Shown piece after piece: positions 23,225 through 34,711 of a stretch of 64,000 nt of DNA. The DNA lies in the NCBI RefSeq assembly GCF_001194135.2, contig NC_068987.1:12286441-12350440 (forward strand), in the 5' to 3' direction. The notes under the pieces are model-generated. The model was not told the origin of the DNA, searched no databases, and worked only from the letters and a program-made list of their open reading frames with translations. Origin of the DNA: Octopus bimaculoides (lineage: Eukaryota). How positions within the stretch are numbered: the stretch's first letter is position 1; every line of letters begins with the position of its first letter. The translations under genes and the position numbers were made by a program.

Positions 23225-23300
23225 GTAAGAACCTGGCTGAGATTCGAACCGGAGTACTCAGATTTTCCCAGTCTAGAACCACAACCTAATACATTTCCAT
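23225..23300 (-). pseudogene. tRNA-like fragment (isolated SINE head or tRNA pseudogene)
   Basis: B-box GGTTCGAATC near the 3' end; cloverleaf stems degenerate. Confidence 0.35.
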
Positions 23301-25064
23301 AAAAAGAAAAGGGTCAAAGATATTAATGCCTGCATGAATATAGTTTCACCAATCAGCACTGGCTTAATTATGGTTGAGGTGGCAACTTCAGAGCAAGTCT
23401 GTAAGATTTTTCCCCAAAAGGAATCTAGAACTTTATGGGCCATCAATTACTTAAAAGTGAGCATGTTCAATTAGAGAAAGCTACTTCGAAATTTGTATGA
23501 GTCAGTTATATTCCTACCCACTACCTGTCAGATAGTCTTTATCTCTTTCATCTTCCTCTACTATTCACAAGTCTTAACTAGTAGTGTCAATCAACAAACA
23601 TACCAAAACGACTCATAATGTCTTGTATCACTTTCGTAATATTAATTTATTGAATGTACATCAGCAAGGTGGGTAAATAAAATATTTGGAAACTCAGACA
23701 AAATTTAGTGGGGTTTTTTCCCCCCTCAAACACACAGCCTACCTTACAGGAGATGAATAGCAATGTCTCATGCAGCAGGCTTGATAACAGCTGAGAATTT
23801 TTTTTATTTCAGCATGAAACCAATGGTAGGCTTGTTAACCCACAGATAAAGAATATTTATCCAGCAATACAGTGTTGAGTACTCATTCTCACAGTTCAAT
23901 ATAATCATATGGGGAGGGGGAACAATGAGGAGTTTTAATGCATTTTTGATTGTGAGAAAAAATATATTTCTTTACAGATATTCACTACCTTAAAAAACTA
24001 TATCAGCTCAGCAAAATACCCTTCATTAAAAACACTGTAGCATATTCTGAACACTATTTCAGAAAAATTATCACCGTTCTCTTGAGCATATAAAAGATAT
24101 ATTTAACTGGAGAAAATGACTAAGCCAAGATGAGGTAAATTTGCCTTTTCAATTTTCCAGAATTACTTTTAAAAAAAAAGACTTAAACACATCAATATTC
24201 ATCCACGGACATCAGAATGATCAGAAATGCAACAAAAATCTTAAATATCTAGGTCAAATGAAAGAGGGTTATGGAAAAATGGCACATGATATGAAATTAA
24301 TGAAACTTGACTAAATATAATAAAAGAAAACCAACATAAAATATCCTCTACAGCCTTTTCACCATCGACTGGAGTGGCTCTGTTCCTGATATATTTATGT
24401 ATTATGTAGTTAAAGAAAAGAAGTTACTCGTTACTCATTTTACCCCATTTTTGTGGAAATTGAAAATTATCAAATTAGACATTAGTGTGAGAAAAAATTT
24501 ACTTGAAATCTAAACGAGAAAAGAATATTGATTGTTAAACACAAAAAAATTATCCAGATATTTTGAAGAAAAATTTCTTGAAAAACTCAACTTTAACAAT
24601 AACTATGCTAACCAATTTTTACAAACACACACACATACATACATACGTAATGTTAAGCATATTGACAGTGAGGAGTACGGACGAAATCCCTTTTAGCATT
24701 CGTTTACGTATCTCTACATTACGATCCCATTTGGGATTGACTTTGCCTTACCTTCTAAGGTAAATAAAATACAAAAAACATGACAGGGCCTCAATGTTCG
24801 GATCTTTTACGCCCTTCTTTTATTATTTGTTCATGCTAGCATGAGTTACATAAATATGCACTGACGTATCTAAAGCCGTATGTCCTTCCTATCGCTAATC
24901 TTTACCTCTTTATGAAGTAATAGCATTTTTTTTTTTGCACTGTAAATGAGGTACTTATTAAAATGTAAACACATGTTGGTGTACAACTCATATAATGAAT
25001 ACAAGATTGACAGTCAGACAGCAATTATTGGAGTAATTATATTTTCTGGTTATAAATAAATAGC

Positions 25065-25178
25065 TAACGGGCATATGGCATAGTGGTTAAGAGAGCGGGC
25101 TACTAACACCAAGATTCCGAGTTCGATGCCAAGCAGAACAGCGAAAAATACCTTAGGAGTGAGAACCCAGGTTCGAAA
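25065..25178 (+). mobile_element. tRNA-derived SINE head, family H, 3'-truncated
   Basis: A-box TGGCATAGTGG and B-box GAGTTCGATGCC; only copy in the window. Confidence 0.55.
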
Positions 25179-25695
25179 GCAGCCACTGTGGTGTTACGGA
25201 AAGGGCCGATCTTTGGTAAAGATCGTCGAAGACACTTTTTACGGAAAAGGCCGATATTTCGGCCTAGTATCGAATGATCGTCGAAAAGTTTATTAAAAAA
25301 CATCCATTTTTCAAAAAGGTATGAGGAAACAAATTGAAGTATGTAAATTATCGAAAACTCCTCTCCACTATTCCGGAAAAAATATTTTTCACAAATTCCG
25401 ATATAATCTCTAATTTACACCATCCAAAATGTATCTAGAAAATTTCCTCAAAACAAATATGCATTTTTCAAAAAAAGTTATAAAGAAACGAAGTCAACGG
25501 TGAGTGACACACATCTGTAGTTACACCAAATCGACAATATATTTTATTCTCACGTTTTTCTTTTTCCATATATATATATAATATTAGGGATAAAAATTCG
25601 AATTTACAAGTAAAAACTCAATTAAATTCAATTTATTAAAATTAGAATTAAATTAAGCTTCACAGTATAAAATATATAAATATATAATTTTAGAG

Positions 25696-25945
25696 AAAAG
25701 AACCAAAGTTCATGAACTTATCGACGAAAATAGTCACATATAGAAAAATTAGTAAGGAAATGCACGATAAATAAGTATAATATAATACAAAGTAAATATC
25801 GTAAGATATTTAGTAGTCGTTTTATTATCATTATCTTATATTTACTTTGTATTATATTATACTTATTTATTGTGCTTTTACTTATTAATTTTTCTATATG
25901 TGACAGTAGATTTTCATCGATGTGTTCATGAACCTTGGTTCTTTT
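25696..25945. repeat. 250-bp imperfect palindrome (arms about 112 bp, loop 25808-25832)
   Basis: AAAAGAACCAAAGTTCATGAAC..TAAGAT pairs with ATCTTA..GTTCATGAACCTTGGTTCTTTT; the central 35 bp of the arms are perfectly complementary. Confidence 0.9.
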
Positions 25946-26743
25946 ACCTTAAACTATATATATATATACTTTAAATATATTTTATCATCAAATAATGTAT
26001 ATATGAATTTTAATACTCAGACTGTTTTTTAACATTTTTTATTATTCTCAAAGACTTTTGATAATCTTTTTCTAAAAAAGTGAAACCGGTTAAGTAAATA
26101 AATATTTTTAAAAANNNNNNNNNNNNNNNNNNNNNNNNNNNNNNNNNNNNNNNNNNNNNNNNNNNNNNNNNNNNNNNNNNNNNNNNNNNNNNNNNNNNNN
26201 NNNNNNNNNNNNNNNNNNNNNNNNNNNNNNNNNNNNNNNNNNNNNNNNNNNNNNNNNNNNNNNNNNNNNNNNNNNNNNNNNNNNNNNNNNNNNNNNNNNN
26301 NNNNNNNNNNNNNNNNNNNNNNNNNNNNNNNNNNNNNNNNNNNNNNNNNNNNNNNNNNNNNNNNNNNNNNNNNNNNNNNNNNNNNNNNAAAACACGCTAT
26401 TTACATGAAAACAGTATGAACTTTCAAAATAAAATATATTTGTGTTGACTATCTAAAAATGGATACTTCGTCTGTGTATACTGAAGGCCAATAAGAAGTT
26501 AGTTCACTAAGTACATAGGTCTGGAGCCCAGAGAACCAATGAGGGGGCCGGTGAATATCTGTTGTTCCCCTTCCTCAAAAGTTAAAGACCCCCCCCTCCA
26601 CAGTTCCCTCTTCATTGCATCATCTTACAAAGGTTATTAAATAAGCAGCTTTTGGGTATATTTTTAGCTTTTTTTTTTTTTTTTTACTGAGACCTGCCTA
26701 TCTTAGTAAAATGAACAAGTGTACTTTCAACTTGGCTGTAGAC

Positions 26744-27130
26744 CAGCGCTGGATTAACCATTAAGCAAAATAAGCACGTGCTCAGGGCATCAAGAGAAGT
26801 ATGTGTGTGTGTGTGTGTGTGGTGATCACAGAAATGGTAAATGGTTTACGACACAAAAGAAATCACTTTAAACTTGTTAAAATAATATTCGAAGTGGTTT
26901 ATATGATCGGAAATATAATTTCGAAGTGTGCATGGTATCATAGTGAGGCTCTGATGAAAGACTGCTATTAAGAAGAAATTGAAAGCTTTTCAAATGTAAA
27001 TAAAGTGGAAGTATACAAAATAACTATTTTCCATCTTACTGTTAGTTTTGTTTCATTCTATGGTTTATTATTGTTAAGATTTTGAATCACATATATATGG
27101 GGCCACCAAAATCTATTAAGTGTTTAGGGC
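26744..27130 (+). mobile_element. hAT-type MITE remnant
   Basis: CAGCGCTGGATTAACC TIR-like start; GCTCAGGGC / GGGGCCACCAAAAT / TTTAGGGCC subterminal motifs. Confidence 0.4.
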
Positions 27131-27438
27131 CATGCTGCAGACTAATGATTGAAACGAGTAAAATAAATAATGTGATATAATAATATGTATATTTGACTCT
27201 TCCGAGACACTGTTGATTGAAATTTATATCTAAGTTACGTTCAATTAGATTTAAATTTAAGTTACATCATACATCCGGAATTGCTCCGCATACAAACTAT
27301 AATTAAACTATAATTTAGGTTCCTTTATTATATTCGTTTGTTAATTATCGTTTCATCAACGGAAAGCGAAAGGTCGGTACATTAGGATCAAAATAGCCAG
27401 GATTTTCCTGGAAAGGGTCATCGGTGTTTAAATCGCAA

Positions 27439-27652
27439 AATAATAATCCTTTCTATTATAGGCACAAGGCCTGAAATTTTGAGGGAGGGGGCTAGTGACT
27501 ACATCGACCCTCAGTGCGTAACTAATACTTATTTCATCGATCTCGAGAGGATGAATTGCAAAGTCGACCTCTTCGGAATTTGAACGTAAAGACGGATGAA
27601 GTACCGCTAAGCCTTAAGTCCAGTGTGCTAACGATTCTGCCAGCTTACCACT
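27439..27652 (-). mobile_element. SINE family B, tail B2
   Basis: Reverse complement of the B consensus with (ATT)n tail. Confidence 0.85.
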
Positions 27653-28274
27653 TAAATTCGCAACATAATGATAATAATAATGAAGTAAAATAATATATTG
27701 TTAATTAAATTGGCCCCAAGAGGATGCAAGGTAAAGTTGACCTCGACAGGATAAGAGCCCGAAAGAAATACTTCCGAAAATTTCTTCCGACCCTCAAACG
27801 ATTTGCTCCCAATCCACCAGCCATGCATTTAAGTTATATCTACAAAAAGAAAAGGATGGGGGGTGCTAATTAAAAATGCCATGTTATGTCACTATCTTTA
27901 TGATTCCTTTACTGGATGGATTTCACGCCGATTTGGGTCCTACGTCCTCAGACTTCCGAAAAGCACAGCCCTACCTACCTCTTCAGCAGTCTTGCTCCAC
28001 CTTGTAAAATTTCTCTCGGAGGTCCCACGGGCAACATGTATTTTTAATTAGAATAAGTCAAGTACAACAAATAGGTTTCGATTGAGAAAATATTTGAGTT
28101 TGTAGGTGTTAATTCGGGTGGTACAATAGCTCTGCTCAGTTTATTTGAACAATCGATTTATTTTCTCAAATAAAATTTGAAAAAGAAAAATTAAGTATTA
28201 ACTATGGCATATATTTAAAATTATTTTGTGTAATAAACGATAAATCAATGAAAAGTAGATATACAAAAGTTGCT

Positions 28275-28430
28275 GTTTAACACCAGGTCAGACCTAACTG
28301 AACATCTCTATGATCATAGGTATGCCAAATTTACCATCCCGTTTCATTTCCAGCCAAAGGAGTATTTATAACTATATTAACTAATGTTCTCCGTCGAAGG
28401 GGATTTGGTCTCTATTTCTAGCAGATCGAT
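28275..28430 (+). mobile_element. Family G interspersed repeat (also 35900-36100 +, 37555-37645 -, 39220-39310 -)
   Basis: Shared TGTTTAAC..AGGTCAG..CTATGATC and GATTTGG..CTRTTTCTA blocks. Confidence 0.5.
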
Positions 28431-28504
28431 GCTTGTCTGTTGACTTATTTATTAAAGATAAACTAGAAATGTTATTGGAAAACACAATCATGTTATTTGA
28501 TAAT

Positions 28505-28707
28505 CAGGGGAAGATCCAGGATTTTTTTGAGGGTGTTGCACTGTAGCGGGCAGGTAGAGCAACACCTAGTTGGTCCGGCAACTCCTGTTCTAGTATGAGT
28601 TGACTCTCATTTCCCTTGAAAACTCTGGTCCCGATTTTTTTGGTGTCGGTTCGGCTAGAAAGGGTGTTGCCCGGGCAACTAGAGCAACACCCTTGCATCC
28701 GCCACTG
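28505..28707. mobile_element. MITE with CAGTGGCGGAT-type TIRs and apparent ATAAT duplication
   Basis: ATAAT|CAGGGGAAGATCCAGG ... CTTGCATCCGCCACTG|ATAAT; repeated GGTGTTGC/GCAACACC motifs. Confidence 0.7.
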
Positions 28708-28771
28708 ATAATATCTTAAAACGGTTCAATTGCTGATCCCGCAATTATGAGTATGAGTATTATAAGTATGC

Positions 28772-28993
28772 AAGGCGACGAGCTGGCAGAAACGTTAGCA
28801 CGCCGAGCGAAATGCTTAGCGGTATTTCGTCTGTCTTTGACTTTCTGAGTTCAAATTCCGCCGAGGTCGACTTTGCCTTTCATCCTTTCGAGATCGATAA
28901 ATTAAGTACCAGTTGCATGCTGGGATCGATTTAATCGACTAGCCCCCTCCCCAAAAAATTCGGGCTTTGTGCCTAGAGTAGAAAAGAATATTA
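28772..28993 (+). mobile_element. SINE family B, tail B2, CpG-intact
   Basis: Near-consensus copy; probable TSD attatRagta(a)tgc. Confidence 0.9.
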
Positions 28994-31900
28994 TGAGTAA
29001 TGCATCGTTGTTAGCTTCGCATTTTCGATCCCAATGCAATGCAAGATCCGGATCGCCACCTTGTGTCACACAAGGTGGACGGTGTGGAAACCAAAACGGT
29101 GGAGATGGAGTATATGTAATNNNNNNNNNNNNNNNNNNNNNNNNNNNNNNNNNNNNNNNNNNNNNNNNNNNNNNNNNNNNNNNNNNNNNNNNNNNNNNNN
29201 NNNNNNNNNNNNNNNNNNNNNNNNNNNNNNNNNNNNNNNNNNNNNNNNNNNNNNNNNNNNNNNNNNNNNNNNNNNNNNNNNNNNNNNNNNNNNNNNNNNN
29301 NNNNNNNNNNNNNNNNNNNNNNNNNNNNNNNNNNNNNNNNNNNNNNNNNNNNNNNNNNNNNNNNNNNNNNNNNNNNNNNNNNNNNNNNNNNNNNNNNNNN
29401 NNNNNNNNNNNNNNNNNNNNNNNNNNNNNNNNNNNNNNNNNNNNNNNNNNNNNNNNNNNNNNNNNNNNNNNNNNNNNNNNNNNNNNNNNNNNNNNNNNNN
29501 NNNNNNNNNNNNNNNNNNNNNNNNNNNNNNNNNNNNNNNNNNNNNNNNNNNNNNNNNNNNNNNNNNNNNNNNNNNNNNNNNNNNNNNNNNNNNNNNNNNN
29601 NNNNNNNNNNNNNNNNNNNNNNNNNNNNNNNNNNNNNNNNNNNNNNNNNNNNNNNNNNNNNNNNNNNNNNNNNNNNNNNNNNNNNNNNNNNNNNNNNNNN
29701 NNNNNNNNAAATCTCTAGTTAAATTTCTTCCAGCCACATGAAGTTTTTCAACTTTTTAAAATTCACTATATCTATTTTCCCTCATTAAAAAAAAAAGTGT
29801 TAATACAGTTTTGTTCGTGTGAACAGATCCTAATTAAAACGATGTTGGAATAATAAGCGAAAATTAATACTCTGGTTTAATAACGGTGGATTGGTAGAAT
29901 CGTTTAGGAATCAGACGATAGTAATCCAGTATTTTCCCGAGTTCAAAACCTACCGGTGTCAACTTTGTTTTACCAGTGTCGTTAAAGACAAGTCAAGAAT
30001 TAGGGTTGGTTTATAACCCAATAACGCATCCTAAATATGAGTAGAATTACAATAATTCTTTCCATTATAGATACAGATCTAGAATTTGGGGGAAGGGACC
30101 AGTCGATTACGTCGACCCCAGTTCTGATACTTTATCGACCGAACCCCAATTATTTCATCTACTATTTGTTGGTAGTAGTTAACAACCCATAAATGTTTTG
30201 CTAGGTAGACAACTTCCAATGACGCAGGCCTGTCACAATGTTTATGACGAGATATAGAGTAATACACAATAATATTTGTGTGTGTGTGTGTATGTGTGTG
30301 AGAGAGAGAGAGAACGAAAATAGCATAATTAGTCACACACACACGAATAAAGTGTGAAAGTGGAAAAGTAGAGTGATTGATAGAAATGGATATGAAAAGA
30401 GAGAAATTTAAACAGAAAGAGAATAAAAGAGAAATCTGATAAATCATCAAATGGATTGAAATTTCACTATGAAATAAATAATTCATTTGAGATAATACAA
30501 TTGATTGCATAAATAACTGGTTTAATTGAAATTTCTAATACTGATTAAGTAAATGAGTGGCTTCTTTAAAATGTTATTATCGATTGCTTAAATAAATAAC
30601 TTGCGCTAAAAGAACGGGGTAGATTAAGCTTTGAAATAACTATTCTTTGAAATAACTATTCTTAACAGGAAGAAAACCAGAAATTTTAGGGTAAGGGTTA
30701 CTTCGGTTAAACTGACCCCAGTACTTGACAAGTGCTTTTGTTTTATTGACCCTGCCGGAGGAAATGAAAAGTAAAGTTGAGTTTTAAAAATAATGTAAGT
30801 TAAATATACGTGATATTGTTTTTTACTTTTTGTTCCTTTCCGTATATGAAAAAAAAATGACAAATGAAATTATCAAGCGGGCGTCATTTTAGCCTGAAGG
30901 GGTAAAGTGACAGAAGTTAGTGGCTCCTGACTTTTGAGGTCATAATTGTTGTCACTGGAGCAACAAAGAAAATGCCTCCAGCAAGTAATCGGAAGAATGA
31001 GAGAAGAAAGGACTACAAACGTAGTTGACTTGATAACAAAACTTTTTTTCTACTTTCGACGTCCGATTCATAAGAGACTGAAAACAACCGAAAGTTTCCT
31101 TTTTTCTCAATCGGATTTGTTTTGATTTAAAAAAAAAAACTTTCTGTGTATTTTTTTAAGAGTAGGGATCTGATAACTGATAATAAAAGGATAAGTGAAA
31201 GTTCAAACAAAGGAGATATGTGGAAAAGTTTTAACTTACTTGGATATATATATTTTAAATGTCCCTGGACTTGGAAAAAAAAGTATAACAATAATTCGGT
31301 GACAAGGAATTTCGAGTAAAACCTGACAACATTCACTGTTGAAACTAAACAACTTGTTGACAGCTGTGACTTAGCCGCGAGATGTCGCCTCAGTACGTCA
31401 ACGTCCCGGGTGGGTGCAGACGAAAGAGGAGGTCGCACTTGGGACACAGAAACAATTATTAAAAAGTTTTCAAAGTTTTCGAAAACAAATACAACTCCAC
31501 CAGAATTAATTGTACTTTACGTAATATAAAGATATTTAATTACTAAGTCGAAGAATGTACTAGTTACTCATTTATTTTGTCAAAGAGTGATTTCCAATAG
31601 AACATTATATAAACAACCTAATCGATTATACCATATCGATATATTTTAATACATCTATTTGCGTAATATGTTTTACTTTTTAAAAATCCATATATTTTAG
31701 TTTTTTACGTTTGTCTTTCTACGGTTTAACGCTTAGTCCAAATTCTGATAGTTGTAAATAAAATAACAATGTATACATTTCGATTAAGCTATATTTGCAA
31801 TCGATTGACATACCTATATATTCCTTTATATATTTTGTCTCTCTCCTGACCTACTATGAAAATAATTTCCTACGTAACATTAGAAAAACGAAATGGGATT

Positions 31901-32041
31901 TTCTCTTTATTTCCTCATTTATTTATTTTGCCTAAGAAAACGCTCTAAAGCTGACAATATACTAGACACTATAATTTACAATCAGGGGATCTAAACAGGT
32001 TTGTTTTACTCCCAGACAGGCTTCAAATTACAACGACGGTA

Positions 32042-32262
32042 AAGACGGCGACCTGGAAGACTCGTTAGCGCGTTGGACAAAACGTCGAAGGGCATTTCTT
32101 CTGGTTCCATATGATCACAGTTCAAATTCCGCCGTGGTCGACTTTGCCTTTCGTCCATTCAGGATCGACAAAAGAAGTGCAAATTAAAAACTGAGATCGA
32201 TGTAATCGACCTGTCTCCTTCCACCAAACTTTCAGGCTGTATGCCTATAGTCAAAAGAAATT
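32042..32262 (+). mobile_element. SINE family B, tail B2
   Basis: Diverged, but CpGs largely retained. Confidence 0.8.
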
Positions 32263-32944
32263 ACAGCTGCTGTAGGGTCTTACATATACATAACACAGTA
32301 AATCTTGAAAAACTTCGATTTATTAAGATTATTCGTGTAGTTAGTGTATAAGAATTCACTCTGGGAGTGTTTAAATCTGAAATAACAAATATAGTTGAGA
32401 TAGCTGGAAAAACAAACAGTACAGTAATTGGAGCAGGTCTAAAAACCTTCAATGTGATTTTATTGGAGTTATCTCCCTTGAGCGTTTTGTTGTTTTTAAA
32501 GTTTTTAACAGGGGATTTTTGTTCACTGATAATATGGGTAACCTGACTTGATTAAAGGTTTCTAAATGACTGTATTATGTATGCAAAACCCGTCCATCAT
32601 CATCATCATCATCATCCTTTAACGTCCGTTTTCCATGCTGGTATGAGTAAGCAAGTCTGACCAGAGCTGGCAAGCCGGAGAACAGCACCAGATTCCAGTC
32701 TGATTTGGTTTGGTTTCTACGGTTTCTAATGTCAACCACTTTACAGCGTGTGTGTGTGTGGATTTAGAATACAGAATGCTTCTCTAATTATACACCACCA
32801 CAGCCATATTGATGACACTATCAGTGGTTCTCTACCAGGGTCCATATGGCACTCAAGAGGAGGGGGGGGGTCCACATTAGATTTTGTAGTTAAAAATTTG
32901 TTATACATCTACCATACACAAAATATTTTAATTTTTTTGCTGTA

Positions 32945-33263
32945 CTCAAGAAGACTTGTCCTCCACAGCAGAAGTGTCAACGTTGCTCCCAACGATGAAA
33001 GGGATTGGCCTGCAAGAGCACTGTGCCAGTGTCATGTAAAAAGCACCCATGCTGATACCATGTAAAGATGCTCATGCTGGTGCCACATTCAAAGCACTCG
33101 GTACAGTCTGTAAAGTGGTTGATATTAAGGAAGGGCATCCAGCTGTAGAAACCAGGCCAAGTCAAAATGAAGCCTAGCACAACTCACCAGCCTGCCAGCT
33201 CTGGTCAAATCATCCAACTCATGCCAGTGCAGAAAATGGATGTTAAAAGATGATGATGATGAT
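32945..33263 (+). mobile_element. RTE-tail family C
   Basis: AGGAAGGGCATCCAGCTGTAGAAAC core and (GAT)n tail. Confidence 0.8.
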
Positions 33264-33280
33264 AATATATATATATATAA

Positions 33281-33520
33281 ATCATCATCATCATCATCGT
33301 TTAACATCTGCTTTCCATGTCAGCATGGGTTGGACGGTTTCATTGAGGACTGGCAAGCCAGGAGGCTGCACCAGGCTCCAATCTGATCAGGCAAGTTTTC
33401 TACAGCTAAATGCCGTTCCTAACACCAAACATTCTGAGAGTGTAGTGGGTGCTTTTTACGTGCCACTGGCATGGGGACCAGTCAGGCAGCACTGGCATTG
33501 GCCATGACTAGGATTTCAGT
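33281..33520 (-). mobile_element. RTE-tail family C, tail-to-tail with 32945-33263
   Basis: Reverse complement of the C tail. Confidence 0.8.
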
Positions 33521-34711
33521 TGACTCAACAGTTCCTCTCAAATACGTTTCTGGGATACGTATGACTGCTTGCATGATCCACACCTTGCTTCTGTTCAAAC
33601 TGGGAAAAACAGCTACTGAAATGATATAAGTAGGTTGTATTAAATGGATCAACTGATGTAGACTTCAAACGGCGTTGTCTAAGTGGTAGCAATAATATGT
33701 GGATTAAGAAACAATAATGGCATTCAGTACATCAATGCATAGAGTATACATGCATACACACATCTACACATCCACACACATATGTGTGTGTGTGTGTGTA
33801 CATGCTTTGTGGATTAAGAAACAATGTATAATATAAAATGCCTGTGACTGTGTTGGTTAGAAAAAAGATGTTAATGTACTCAGAAATCTATATGATATAG
33901 AATTAATGATGCATAGGATACTAACATTTTTAAAGGTTTATTATAAAAATAGCAGTGAATACATTTGAATGTAGAAATATGTATAAGGAAAATAAATCAC
34001 AATAGGATAAAGTTATAGTTTATAGCTTGTATTGCTTATACTAAAAATTCACTTTTGGATATCAACAAATATATTTTATAAAATTGCTGAGTCAGAGAGA
34101 AATATAAAAATATCTAGAAAAAATATCTAAATCAAAAGCAAAATGTTTTTATATGTCAACACATTACCCACTACACTGTAGGCTTCGTCAGGACAATAAT
34201 GAAAACAAGTTTTTCACACACAAGAGTGTATGATGCCTTCACATCTTTGTGGCATGCTGAATCCTGTTTGGTACTACATCATGCCTCCTCCAGCGTAGAA
34301 CCAAGAAAGGGAACAGTTTCCGGGCAAATAGGTGCAAACCAAGTGATAACACAGGGAAGAATGCGATGCAGACAACCATGGATAAAACCTTTCCCAGTGA
34401 ACGTTTCCCATCTTTTTTAAATTTTGATATTAATAAATTTTTTATTATTGACATTTAATTATTAACATAACAGTGTCATCTCAGTTCATCAAAATTTATC
34501 AAAGTCTTCCTTCTAAGCATAGACAAAGCCCATACAAATATTCTTCTGCTGTTCATTCCAAACCGAAATATTGCATGTACAACCTATTAATTCATTGTTT
34601 GTATTTCTTAAAATTTGCTAAGATATTGATATTATTTACCTTTATTAATTCATATTTCATTATTAATGTAGAATTGTCATCTTAGTTTATTACATCATAT
34701 TTCTTGAGATA

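Noticed and set aside
32460-32482. GGAGTTATCTCCCTTG motif (also about 20717) recalled from mollusc transposon ends
   Set aside because: Only 12 bp are shared between the two sites and no element body could be delimited.
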